NCBI GenBank assembly: GCA_000002445.1
Contig: CP000071.1
Location: 2,240,001-2,304,000, forward strand
Length of the DNA: 64,000 nucleotides
Source: Trypanosoma brucei
Lineage: Eukaryota
Direction of reading: 5' to 3'
Position 1 is the stretch's first letter, and each line of letters begins with the position of its first letter. Position numbers and translations under genes: made by a program. Shown piece by piece: positions 21,587 to 32,043 of this stretch. The notes beneath the pieces are model-generated. The model saw nothing but the letters and a program-made list of their open reading frames with translations. It searched no databases and was not told the origin of the DNA.

Positions 21587-24055
21587 ATGGGAGCACTGCC
21601 GAGCAGGGAAACACAACACCGCGGTTTGTATAGCCATCGTCATGGGCGCAATAGGCGGAGTGAAGTTATTTTAGTTCCTCTTACCAGTGAGTTCTTTCCG
21701 AGTGAGAGCTGCCCTCTTTTTACGCATTTATTCCAGGCGAAGCACCACCGCACCGCCAAATATTACTATCGAGCAACACGCCCCGCCGACACGGATTGGG
21801 AATCCGATTATTATTGTCAAACGACCGCCCACGTCCGTAATATCAACATAACTGATTCAGATGATTCCGCAAAGGTCGGACACTTTGAGACATTCTTCAC
21901 GGATGATATCTCAGGACTATATCACAGACTCGTGCGCGAGACCGAGTACTGCATGTGTGAAACGGATGAGGAGCTTCGGACACGATACGAAGAGCAGATC
22001 CGCCAGCAACAGCACCATCAGCGAAAGCAGCGACTGCAAAGACCGGAGAAATCAAGCGATTATGGGACTGCTGGTGGCCGCTCGTACGAGGAATATTTTG
22101 GATTTGCTTCCGGCGCTTACACCAGTGGCTACACTGATGCTTTGGCCTTCATGAAGGGAAGGGAGCAGCACACGCACCGCAATGCGTGTGGTACGCATGT
22201 AACTTCATCGAGTGCCTATTACCTTCGTCCTATTCCATGTGCAATTGTGTCGCGGTCCGAGGCACACAAATCTGCATCTGAGACTGGGGTTGAGTTCCTT
22301 GGTTCAACGGTTAAGGTGCTCGGTATGTTTGGGCTTCTTCCCTCCATAATCCCAGTGACTGTGCATGGCGAAGTGATGGAGCAGCATATGCTGAAGGCCA
22401 CAATGTTCGTTGACAAGGATGTCGGCGACCAGATATTGGGTAACGTAGTGATGCTTGCTGTCCACATGTACGTCCGACAATGTATTGAGGCCCGTATCCG
22501 AGCTCCATACATTCCAATGGTTCCCATGATTCTTCGGACACCCATATCAAACATCCCGATGCTACAGTTTGTGCGGGAGATGCGAGTGCGTCTTCGTGGC
22601 TTGTTGGAAGCCGGTGCACCGCGCCGGGGCGGAGGAGCGGGAAGGCGTGTGGGTTCATTCCACGGCACTGAGGGAACTCGCGAGGCGGTGGAGGCATCTT
22701 CCCGTTGTGAGGCAGATATACTGTACCTTTTTGAAGAGGATGTACCCAATGCCATTTCTGCCCACCAACTTTTCCTTGATCCGGCGGAGGCACAGTCACT
22801 AAGGCTCCACCCGGCACAGAACACCAATTCTGATGGTACCATTCCGATTCTCCTCATGTCGGGCGTGAATGTGCAGGCGGCACCACTAACACATCCCTCC
22901 GTTACGAGTATGTCACATGTGCGCGTCCCGCCGTGGGCGCTTGAAGGCGCCTCCGACTCTGCAGGCGGTGGACCATCCGAAGCGTCCCCGCAGCGTGAAG
23001 CCTTCCAGGCCACGTCGCTTTTGGCAACACGACGGAACCGCTTCCGCATTTGGGTGGAAGGTGGTCGGCTGTGCATTTGGGCGAGTGCCGCGTACGCTCG
23101 GCGGGGGTGTCTTATGCTCGCTCAGAAGCTTACACAGACGGTTGACAATAATCTTTTGCCAGTACCACGCCCGTGGAATTACCGTGGTCTTTTGCGCGGT
23201 GGTATGCCAATGCCGGAGCCAGAGCTCGCCAATGATGTGTTCATTGTGGCTGAGGACATGCCGAGTATGGGGCTTTATCAGGGTGACGTTCTCCGTTGCA
23301 GCACTCCCGTGGAGATCGCTGATCAGCAACAACGGCTGTCACTGCACGGAACATCCGCAACATCTTCGTCCACGTTACTCGAGGCGATATGTGTGCACAG
23401 CAAGAAAAGTGTGACCAGCGCCTCCACACCTATGGAACCGACGACACCCGGTGGGCAGCAAAAAAGTCAGGAGAGTTTTGCAAGCAGTCACCCCACTAAT
23501 TTACTTCTACAGGATCCGGGCGAGGCCCCACCGAATGCCTTCTGGGTGTGCATTCCTTTCGACCGCGACTGTGTGAGTGCGGGACCTAATGAAAGACGGC
23601 AACAACAACATCAACTGGACACTGTGTCCCATCGGGCAACCAATGTGGAAGAGGTTCTTCTCTCGTGGATCAAAATAATTTCACTCAAGACCCGCGAAGC
23701 CAGTGAGGAGGATGTGTATTGGGTGCGTGACCCCACAACCGGAGCGCCACTCCGGGTGGATCGCTACGTTATACGCCGTGTGGAGCATGATGGCATGCGT
23801 TATTTCATTGGTGTCACCCCGCGCTTTGTTGGGCAACAGCGCCGATTGGAGAGAATGTTGGAAGACATCAAAGCTCAAGATGCGGGAAGTCCGGATTTGG
23901 ACGTGGAGCGGGAGGGGTTTCACATGTCGCCCACACACGCTGGCACAGCTTTGGAGGGTAATGATGACGACAGTGAAGACGATGATGCAGATGATGGATG
24001 CGCTGCCATGGCGCAGATGCTCAGCGGGCAGTCAAATATATTTTACAGGGAATAG
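21587..24055 (+). CDS. Member 3 (822 aa) of the MGAxPSRE paralogue family. N-myristoylation consensus. Function unknown.
   Basis: The track ORF begins at a GTG inside the (GT)n repeat (21560). The first ATG (21587) gives MGALPSRETQHRGLY...VILVPLTSEFFPSESCPLF, which aligns with the N-termini of the other two paralogues. Shared blocks are ETDEELR, RPIPCAIV, VLGMFGLLP, YVRQC and IPMLQF.R..R.RL.GLL. Confidence 0.75.
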   Translation: MGALPSRETQHRGLYSHRHGRNRRSEVILVPLTSEFFPSESCPLFTHLFQAKHHRTAKYYYRATRPADTDWESDYYCQTTAHVRNINITDSDDSAKVGHFETFFTDDISGLYHRLVRETEYCMCETDEELRTRYEEQIRQQQHHQRKQRLQRPEKSSDYGTAGGRSYEEYFGFASGAYTSGYTDALAFMKGREQHTHRNACGTHVTSSSAYYLRPIPCAIVSRSEAHKSASETGVEFLGSTVKVLGMFGLLPSIIPVTVHGEVMEQHMLKATMFVDKDVGDQILGNVVMLAVHMYVRQCIEARIRAPYIPMVPMILRTPISNIPMLQFVREMRVRLRGLLEAGAPRRGGGAGRRVGSFHGTEGTREAVEASSRCEADILYLFEEDVPNAISAHQLFLDPAEAQSLRLHPAQNTNSDGTIPILLMSGVNVQAAPLTHPSVTSMSHVRVPPWALEGASDSAGGGPSEASPQREAFQATSLLATRRNRFRIWVEGGRLCIWASAAYARRGCLMLAQKLTQTVDNNLLPVPRPWNYRGLLRGGMPMPEPELANDVFIVAEDMPSMGLYQGDVLRCSTPVEIADQQQRLSLHGTSATSSSTLLEAICVHSKKSVTSASTPMEPTTPGGQQKSQESFASSHPTNLLLQDPGEAPPNAFWVCIPFDRDCVSAGPNERRQQQHQLDTVSHRATNVEEVLLSWIKIISLKTREASEEDVYWVRDPTTGAPLRVDRYVIRRVEHDGMRYFIGVTPRFVGQQRRLERMLEDIKAQDAGSPDLDVEREGFHMSPTHAGTALEGNDDDSEDDDADDGCAAMAQMLSGQSNIFYRE

Positions 24056-25936
24056 CGTGGAGGTGGTGCTGGAGTGAATGAGCGCTCCTGCAGCTGTTGT
24101 TGTTACTTATTACCGCCACAATCGATATTAATGTACCACCGCTTCCCGCGGGACCTCCTTTTTTTTTTTCTTCCCTTAACGTGTGAAAGCAGTTTTATGT
24201 TGATATTTCTGCATATGGAGTCGACTCTTTCTACTTTTTCTTTTCGTTTTTCAAAAAAAAAAATGTTCTTCGCTTTCTCACTTATATTCACTTACTGTCA
24301 GTAATACTTATGTGGGGGTTCTTTCTTTTTTCTTTTTTAAACATGTTTAACCGTGCGTAGTTGTGGGACTTCCAGTTCGCGTGTTCAGTGAAGGATATTG
24401 CGACAAAAGACGCACCAAACACTACGAAGTCAGCAACGAGCAAATGTACCGTAAAAAAAAAATGTGTAAACATGTAAATGTCGAATATCAATAATAATAA
24501 TAATAAATTATTAAAGACACTATCGACAATCATTCACAACAGCAACAGGCAAGGCAGAATGGCTGAGAAGAAAAGCATAACATGTTACTAATGAAAAAAA
24601 AAAAGGTACCAATGTGATTTAAACTCTTCTTCATGCCGGTGGAATCAATATGAGCTGTGGTGACGGTAGCCTAAATTGCTCACATCAAAGCTTAAGGAAG
24701 GAAAAATAAGTCTTTAACTTGGGTGATGGTCGCGGATGTTTATTGGACATTTTGTTTTTGCTTTTGTTTCAAGGGGGTGTGGGACATATATTTTTGTATT
24801 CAACATTACATATCATTCTTTTTGCTTTTGCTTTTGCTTTGCTTTGATTTGCTTTGCTTTGGTTTGATTTTCCCTTTTCTCTTTTCTCTTTAGTATCTGT
24901 TGTAATGATTCTTTCTCCTTTCTTTTAACATTTACTTACTGCACTTACTCTTTGCTTTATCAGTTGTTTCCATTCGCCGTTTTGTGCAACTGCATTTCTG
25001 TTATTGTGAAGCATGGGATTTATTCCTCTCCACATGTGTAAATCACATTTCATTTTCCCTTCCCTCTTTTTCTCTTCTCTTCTGTTTTTTCTTTTCCTCC
25101 CTCCCTTCCATCCTCCGTTTTTTTTTTTTGAAGGTTCAGTAGAAAAACGGTAGAAGTAAAGGATGTTGGCATGACTAGCGCGTTATTGCGTGGGTGAATG
25201 GACCGTAATGCTTTAAGTGGCGTTGTTTTGAAGGGTTTCACTTCATCTAATCTTTTCCTTACCAGAGTTTTGATGAATAGGGAAGTGGCCGCGCGTATTT
25301 GTGAGGGCCTACGTTGTGTTCTTTTTGTTTGAGATCAGAGACTTTACATATCTATTTAAGGACTTGTATGGTTAGTTATACCTTCGCTTTCTGCCGGTAC
25401 ATTAATGCTTCCACACTTCCCCCGTTGGTTTTTTTACTCCTTTCTTTTGGGCTTGAGACCGATGCGTGGTTAATCCGTTGCGTGTAGTGAGGGTAAAATA
25501 GCGACTTGATATGATGCCCTTGAATTATCTCGTTGCTTTAATGCAGGTCCTTCCCCTTCTCTACCTTAATGTACGAGCACCGGTTGTGCGTATACTCCAC
25601 TGCTATTGCCGAACTGGTAGAAGCATATAAAATAAATCTATAATAACGCTATCTCTTCATATAATTCAACTGCTCCCATCTCTCATCTCGGTTCTTATTT
25701 GTGGTATGTCTTTCACACGTGTTGTGTTTGATTGGCTGTATATGAAAATAGGAACCACAAAATAAGGCAGGATTGAAGGTGCTAGAAACAAACGAGCAAA
25801 CAGCCTAAACACCAGTAAGAGCAACCACATAAGCAAACCTGTGAAAAAGAAATATAGAACTCTGGCCTAGTGTGAACGGTTTGTTCTAAATAAAAAAAGT
25901 AGCATACAGTAGAAGCAAATAAAATAATTAGGGATT

Positions 25937-26302
25937 ATGCCTCCTGCCCCGCGCTGCACGGGACAAATTATTTGCCAGAGTTGTCAAGTAACCCTCGCGT
26001 ATCCCATCGGGGCCCCTTCCGTCCGCTGCCCGCTTTGTGCCTCCGTGACGCCCGTGAGGCAATTCAGCGTTTCATGTGTTCAATGCCGCAGTGTACTCAT
26101 CTTACCACAAAACACCAGCCTTGCCATGTGCCCTCGATGCCGTGCAGTCATGAGTATTCCCGCATGTATACGCGACGGGCAGTCGAGTTTGTTTCCTCCG
26201 AAGGAATGTGTTTATATTGAGCGACCAATTAAAAGCGAGGCGTCACGGGCTCCGCCGCGTATTGCCGTTGGAACGAAACTCGACGATGATGATGATCTGT
26301 AA
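25937..26302 (+). CDS. Small (121 aa) protein with two LSD1-type zinc-finger-like CxxC-x16-CxxC modules and an acidic C-terminus
   Basis: ATG-initiated ORF in an otherwise ORF-poor spacer. CQSCQVTLAYPIGAPSVRCPLC and CVQCRSVLILPQNTSLAMCPRC fit the zf-LSD1 pattern CxxCRxxLxYxxGAxxVxCxxC (recalled from plant LSD1 and metacaspases). It ends in DDDDDL. Confidence 0.5.
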   Translation: MPPAPRCTGQIICQSCQVTLAYPIGAPSVRCPLCASVTPVRQFSVSCVQCRSVLILPQNTSLAMCPRCRAVMSIPACIRDGQSSLFPPKECVYIERPIKSEASRAPPRIAVGTKLDDDDDL

Positions 26303-26342
26303 CGTAAGCACTGCGGTGTGTGATCTTATTTGTGCGTGCGTG

Positions 26343-26390
26343 CATATATATATATATATATATATATATTTATTTATTTATTTATACATA
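26343..26390. repeat. (AT)n followed by (ATTT)n microsatellite
   Basis: The run atatatatatatatatatatatatatatttatttatttattta is read directly from the sequence. Confidence 0.9.
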
Positions 26391-26554
26391 TAGAACCATG
26401 TACATATACATGTATGTGTTTCTATATGTATTGTGTTGGTGTACTAGAGTGTAACAGAAGAGTAAATATTGGGCGTTGTCACCGTTCAAATATAGTAGTG
26501 GACCTGCGGGACATATACGCTTTTGGTGATTGCGACTTGTGATGTTGCGGCACA

Positions 26555-26590
<36 letters not shown>

Positions 26591-28202
26591 TATATATCTT
26601 TTAAAAAAGTATTTCTACTTACCTACTCAACCAGCCTCTGCATTCCCCTTCTTTCAGTCCACATTCTATTCTACTTTTTCTTTTTTTTTTTTTCGTCCCC
26701 CCTTCTTTCTTATGTTTATATAAACGTGTACTTTTTCTTTTCTTTTTGTTTCGGTGCCAGATGGAGATACAGCAACAGTTGCTTCCGTGCGACATTTGCC
26801 GTGCACATCACTTGTCCACGTCTTTTTTGTTTTAGTTTGGTTGCAGGTTTTCTTTTTTAAATTTTACACGGTGGTGAACGGACGAAAATGAAGATATATA
26901 AAAAAAAAGAAAGGAGGTTTTTTTTTTTGTTTGCTCTATTGCCTATGATTGAACGAGGCCAGTGAGAGGATGAATTGAGTGCTAAATGTTGTTGCATTTG
27001 TGTAGTGATGAAATACGGTGGGGTGTGTAAAGAGGAATGAGGGCACGTGATATTGTGTGTGTGTGTGTGTGTGTGGATATATATATATATATATGGGTGA
27101 AGTAAGGCAAAATAAATTAAAATGTTTTTTTTTTTTAAAGAAAAAGAAAGAAGGTGGAAAAAAGAAAAGAAAATAAGAACATGGTAAAGCGATCAGAGGC
27201 GTTTTTAAATATTTATTTTTGCACAGTTTTGGAGGTTCATCAGCTGTGAGAGTAACGGCAGCAAAGGTAATGATATTGTATGACCGTGACCCAATTTAAC
27301 ACAAGCACGTGGGATATAGTTTTGAGCTGATAAGTTTCACAAGCAACATTGCATGTTGGATTATAAATTCAACGGTGCATGCCGAGGTGACCCCAAAGAG
27401 GCGTAGAAAGAAGGATTCGGGCGGAACAAAAAGAAAATATACGGTCCCAAAATAAATAAACACATATTTATATGATTGTGCATTGTGACCACTAATGCTC
27501 CTTGTTTTTGTCCTTTTATTCACTGTTCGCATTTTTCCCCTCCTTTCCCAAAGGGTCTTTATAGTCACGAATCCTTTGGTCATATATTGCATTTCTTCCG
27601 CCTAAAGTAAGTGGGGTACTTTTAGGACAAATAATGCCTTCCCCATATACATATATATATATATATATGTATATGTATATGTATATGACTCAGTACTTTA
27701 CTGGGTTGTGCTGTCGTTTTTTGAAATATTGAGACGTTTCTTTCCCCTTTTTTTCTTTTTTACCACACCCCTCTACCCCACACATTTTGAAGGTGAAAGA
27801 GTTTTGCGAATCACAAGCTTCTGCTTTTCATTCCTTAGCTCTAGTAACTTTCCCTGCCCATCATTCACTTGCTTTCATTCAATTGTTTGAATGATTATTT
27901 GTCCACTTTTTGTTAACGTTTCTTTTCTTCCCCTCTCCCTCATCTTCGTACACCCTTTTTTCTCTCCTCTTCCTTTTCATCCTCAAACAAACAAACAAAC
28001 GAACGAACAATAAATAAATCAATAAATAAATAAAAGCCAGCAGTGGAGATCGCAGGGGTGCAGAAGCAGCAGCAGCAACAGCAACAGCAACACGACATTA
28101 GGAGAAGAGGCGAACATACAATAGTGCACGGGGAAGTGGTGGTGGTGGTGGTGGTGGGACAGAAAAATTTACTCGTGTGTATAATTGTTACGTGTGAGGG
28201 TG

Positions 28203-28227
28203 CTTTCTTTTTTTTTTTTTTTTACAG
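28203..28227 (+). promoter_or_regulatory. T20 polypyrimidine tract followed by an ACAG acceptor, about 210 nt upstream of the ATG at 28441
   Basis: The run ctttcttttttttttttttttttacag is read directly from the sequence. Confidence 0.5.
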
Positions 28228-28440
28228 AGCATTAGTGTTTTTTATACACCCGCATTTTTATTTCTCCCCTTTCGTTTTTGCTGCTTTGGTGGGCAAGGAG
28301 AGGAGGAACTGAGGGCAAATACGGTTAACGAAAACGAGTGTAAGAGAGTCTCCGCCGTTTTTTTTTGTCCATCACTGCCACGTCTCCGGTGCCTTGATTG
28401 ACGTCCCCAACAGCGTTTCCGAACAAAACAGCGTGTGCGC

Positions 28441-31400
28441 ATGTCAACACCAATTGGTTCTCGCAGTCGTACGCATAGCATCCGAAGGGAGTCTGCTGCA
28501 TCTTTACCACAGAGTACTACGTGTAGTAGTGATAGTACCAGTCCCCCACGCGCGGTGCCTACAGACGGAACTGTGATGTGGTCGGGGAGTGACAGAACTG
28601 TGATAGGTAATGAAGTTGCTGTTGGAGATGTAAGTGCTTGTAGTGGTGACAGTTGTAAAAAAAGCGGTGGGGATCGTTCTTTTGCCTCATACGCCAGCGG
28701 CACCAGTTACGTTGACTGCTCGGGGATTGGCGCTGTTGCAAAACGATCTTGCGTGGAGGAGGAGGCTTTCCAACGCGGCCGGATTTACCTTCAGCAACTA
28801 GAATCGTGGAAGAACCTCCGTGTGCAGGCCCTGCAAGAACAACCGGGGAGTCTCGCCTGTAGCCGTTCCGCTTCACTGCGGAGCCTCAGTACTGCGACAC
28901 GGCAAGAGGTCGTGCTTTTTAGCCCACCTCGACGGCAGCGTCAGCAACAACTCCTCTCAACAAGTCCCCAACTGCAGCAGGAGGCCACATCACCACAGCC
29001 ACAACCACAGCCGCAACTGTCACCACCGCCGTCACCGGCTAAACAAGCGCAACCCCAGCTAGCGCGGCCACAATTGCAGCAGCAGCCGAAGTCGCAGTCG
29101 CAGTCGCAGTCGCAGTCGCAGTCGCAGTCGCCACAGTTATCACAACCGCAGAGACCTTTCAATAGCAGGCGCCCGGGCGACTCGGAGTGGGGTGGAGCGC
29201 ATCTACTCGAGAAGTATTACGAAGGTGAGGTGCGGCGAGTGGCACAACGCGGGCAAAGGTTGCAGGAACGTGAGTGGCGTCTGATGGAGCGGCAGTTGCA
29301 AGATGCCCGAGCAGCAGAGACTCGGGCAGTTGAAGAGGCTCGAGCCACAGCGGAACGAGTGCGGGCTCTGGAGGGGCAGTTACACGCAGCTCAGCAGGCG
29401 CTCGCGGGTGTGTCCGCTTCAGGTCGCGAAGCGCTAGAGGACTTACAGCTGCGTGATCGGCAGGTGGAGGTGCTTTCCATTGAAGTGGAGCGGCTGCGGA
29501 TGGAGAACATGACTATTGCTGTGGAGCGCCGGAAGGTTGAGTCTCTCATGAAGGAGCGTGTTGGGGAGTTGGAAGCCGCAGCGGAAGCTAGTAGGCAAAC
29601 CGAGGCGACACTGGCTGCCCGCCTGCAGGAGGCACAATACGAACTGAGCGGTCATCACCAGGTGCTGAGAGAGCGGGATGAAGCTCTCTGTCGTGAGTCA
29701 CAAAGTCATCAACTTGTAGAAGAGCGGGTTGCGGAGATGGAACGCCAACTTAAAGAGGCAACGAGCTTGGTGGATGGTGAGCGACAAGAGGCCAGGAGAC
29801 AGGCAAAGAGGCAGGCGAAGGCGCTTCAGCAGTCTCAGGCCAGGTGTGAAGAGCTTCAGCGTCGTTACAAGGAAAAGGAGCGCGAACTCACAGAGCAGGC
29901 GGAACGCTACGAAGAAATTCTCGCGGCACGAGATGCCTCCGCCGCTTCGACCACCGCTCAGATAGAAAAGGAAGTCGACGGTTACAGACGGCAATACCGA
30001 GAGCTCCAGCAACAGTTGCTTCAAGAGCGTGTTGCCATGGCCGCAGTTGCCGAGACGCAACGGGCCGAAGTGTTGAGGTTGCGTCGGACCTTAAATGCGT
30101 TGCAGGAGGAGTTGTTGTTAGAGGCAGAGGATAGTCGCGGAAGCTTGGCGGCCTCCCGAAAGCACTTGCAGGGAGAACTTGCACGGGGTCGGCACGCAGA
30201 GGCACTTCTACGAGAAGCGAGCGCAGAGGTGGCAAGGCTGCGGACAACTGTTGCAGACTTGCAGCAGAAACAGCATGGATCGGAGGGAGTACTGCATGAT
30301 TCGCCAGCTCAACTGAGCCCCAAGCAAAAACAAACTAAAAAGCAGAGGCAGAAACAGCGGCAACGGCACGACCCACCACTCCCCGAAGATGAACCAGTTC
30401 CGTTGCCTGGTGACACCACGAGTTTGCTCTTAAACGAGTGTGACGACGTTAATAATGATGATAGGTCGACTCATCATCATGATTCATACCACTGTAATGG
30501 TGGGGGGCATAACCCTCAACAGTTCCTGTTTCCTTGTAAAAAGGGTGATGATGGTGAGGAGCGATCTCCTAGTGTGCGCAATGGTACCGTGCCCCATGCA
30601 GTTGACAGGCCCAGTTCTTCGCTATCACGTGGTGAGCAGGAGAATGCGCAGGCGAACGGAGAAACTGCGCCGTCACCGGAACCATCGTACACCTGCACGG
30701 AATCGGCGACATCAGATCTTGTTAAGTGCATAGAGGAGCGGTTGGAACCGCACCTGGCTGCGTTGCAGACAAAAGTAGTCGATGCGGTGAGTGCGCTCAC
30801 GTCTGCTGGGGGTTATGGAGTGCCGGAGGAGCAGCCCCAACAGCCACATGACGACAAGTACCAACTGACGCATTTAGTCAACTCGCCACCCACACGACGT
30901 GGCACAGCGCCACAAGTGGCAGATGCAGCTCTTACGCTGGGCTGCGTGGTGAAGCTCCTCGAAGCTGTATCCACGCTAAATGTAGTCTTGCCGTACTTCG
31001 AGTCTCTGTCCTATCAAGCAGCTGCCGACGGGGTGCTTCGTGGCATGGATAAGCGGTTGGTAGAGTGTTTGCAGCAACAGCAGCGGTTACTGCGCTTCGC
31101 CATGCAGAAAATAGATGAGGGACGAGGGCAAGGGGGGAGTCCACCCGCGTCCAATGTGTTATCTGCTTCCAACGTTGCCATTGGGGATCCGCTCATCCCT
31201 GCATTAACAGTGGCTTTGGAGGAGCGTCTCGAGACATTGTTAGCCATGGCTGACCTCAGCAACTGGGCGGGGCCTTCGTCAGACCCTGCGACGGTTTCTA
31301 CGCACCCGCAGTTTGAAGAAGCTGGCAACGCTTCGGTGTCCGCAGAGCCGATGGCGTTGAGGCAAGTGACTCCGTCGTCACGTGATGAGGATCACGCGTT

Positions 31401-32043
31401 GCAACAGCTCGGGCCGGCACAGTCGCCGTTATCGCCCCCCAGGCGGTCGCGCACTGGTGATGTGCGGTCTCGACACACTTTTGGCGCTGTGGGCGGCAGA
31501 CTTGAAGTGTCGGAAAGTGGCGCCGGCATCCGCCGATTGCCGCTGCCCTCTGTTGTTGACATCATATCTTGTTCAGCACTGGGTGCGCTTAATCACAAGA
31601 GCTTCTCGATGGATCATCGTGCAGCTCCAGCCAGCGCACTTTCATCATGCTCTCCGCCGTGTTTCACCTACACCATAAGAGCTGTTGCACCTTGCACTAA
31701 TCTTCTTGTGGGACTTTCTGACGCGCAGTTGCCCCTTGAGGTGTTTTCCCCGGCGCTGAACTCCTTGTCATACCCAAACTGTTATTTCCTTCACTTGGGT
31801 CGCGGGACGCTGTATTGCCCTCGGCTCTCCATGGCTGATGTGCCGTATCCTAGTTTTATGTGCTCAGGCCCCATACTCGTGGATGAGGAGGTTACGTGTG
31901 TTCTGGACGTGGCTGCCCGGACCATTCGGTTTGTGCGGAGTGGTGTGGACTGTGGCGTCGCCTTCAACGATGTGGAGGTTTCGCTTCCACTCTGTCCAGC
32001 GTTTGAGTTTGACTCGAGCGGTGGTGCCATTGAGTTCAGGTAA
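28441..32043 (+). CDS. Large (about 1200 aa) coiled-coil protein with a Gln/Pro-rich N-terminal region and a (QS)n repeat. Function unknown.
   Basis: The track ORF starts at GTG 28435; the first ATG is 28441. It contains long heptad-like E/R/Q/L-rich stretches such as LQEREWRLMERQLQDARAAETRAVEEARATAERVRALEGQL, and a (gtcgca)n repeat encoding SQSQSQSQSQSQ. Confidence 0.8.
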   Translation: MSTPIGSRSRTHSIRRESAASLPQSTTCSSDSTSPPRAVPTDGTVMWSGSDRTVIGNEVAVGDVSACSGDSCKKSGGDRSFASYASGTSYVDCSGIGAVAKRSCVEEEAFQRGRIYLQQLESWKNLRVQALQEQPGSLACSRSASLRSLSTATRQEVVLFSPPRRQRQQQLLSTSPQLQQEATSPQPQPQPQLSPPPSPAKQAQPQLARPQLQQQPKSQSQSQSQSQSQSPQLSQPQRPFNSRRPGDSEWGGAHLLEKYYEGEVRRVAQRGQRLQEREWRLMERQLQDARAAETRAVEEARATAERVRALEGQLHAAQQALAGVSASGREALEDLQLRDRQVEVLSIEVERLRMENMTIAVERRKVESLMKERVGELEAAAEASRQTEATLAARLQEAQYELSGHHQVLRERDEALCRESQSHQLVEERVAEMERQLKEATSLVDGERQEARRQAKRQAKALQQSQARCEELQRRYKEKERELTEQAERYEEILAARDASAASTTAQIEKEVDGYRRQYRELQQQLLQERVAMAAVAETQRAEVLRLRRTLNALQEELLLEAEDSRGSLAASRKHLQGELARGRHAEALLREASAEVARLRTTVADLQQKQHGSEGVLHDSPAQLSPKQKQTKKQRQKQRQRHDPPLPEDEPVPLPGDTTSLLLNECDDVNNDDRSTHHHDSYHCNGGGHNPQQFLFPCKKGDDGEERSPSVRNGTVPHAVDRPSSSLSRGEQENAQANGETAPSPEPSYTCTESATSDLVKCIEERLEPHLAALQTKVVDAVSALTSAGGYGVPEEQPQQPHDDKYQLTHLVNSPPTRRGTAPQVADAALTLGCVVKLLEAVSTLNVVLPYFESLSYQAAADGVLRGMDKRLVECLQQQQRLLRFAMQKIDEGRGQGGSPPASNVLSASNVAIGDPLIPALTVALEERLETLLAMADLSNWAGPSSDPATVSTHPQFEEAGNASVSAEPMALRQVTPSSRDEDHALQQLGPAQSPLSPPRRSRTGDVRSRHTFGAVGGRLEVSESGAGIRRLPLPSVVDIISCSALGALNHKSFSMDHRAAPASALSSCSPPCFTYTIRAVAPCTNLLVGLSDAQLPLEVFSPALNSLSYPNCYFLHLGRGTLYCPRLSMADVPYPSFMCSGPILVDEEVTCVLDVAARTIRFVRSGVDCGVAFNDVEVSLPLCPAFEFDSSGGAIEFR
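29088..29131 (+). repeat. (GTCGCA)7 hexanucleotide coding microsatellite encoding (SQ)n
   Basis: The run gtcgcagtcgcagtcgcagtcgcagtcgcagtcgcagtcgcc lies inside the CDS 28441-32043. Confidence 0.9.

Noticed and set aside
22219-23076. Long antisense ORFs inside the big + strand genes (e.g. 22219-23076 -, 13650-14300 -, 8539-9156 -, 1610-2230 -)
   Set aside because: - These are shadow ORFs on the opposite strand of longer, paralogue-supported + strand CDSs, or lie within the GC-rich block.
- They have no independent support.
29088-29131. Regular (GTCGCA)7 array considered as a possible CRISPR-like or satellite element
   Set aside because: - The unit is 6 bp, perfectly tandem with no spacers, and sits in frame inside a CDS.
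- It is a coding microsatellite, and the context is eukaryotic.
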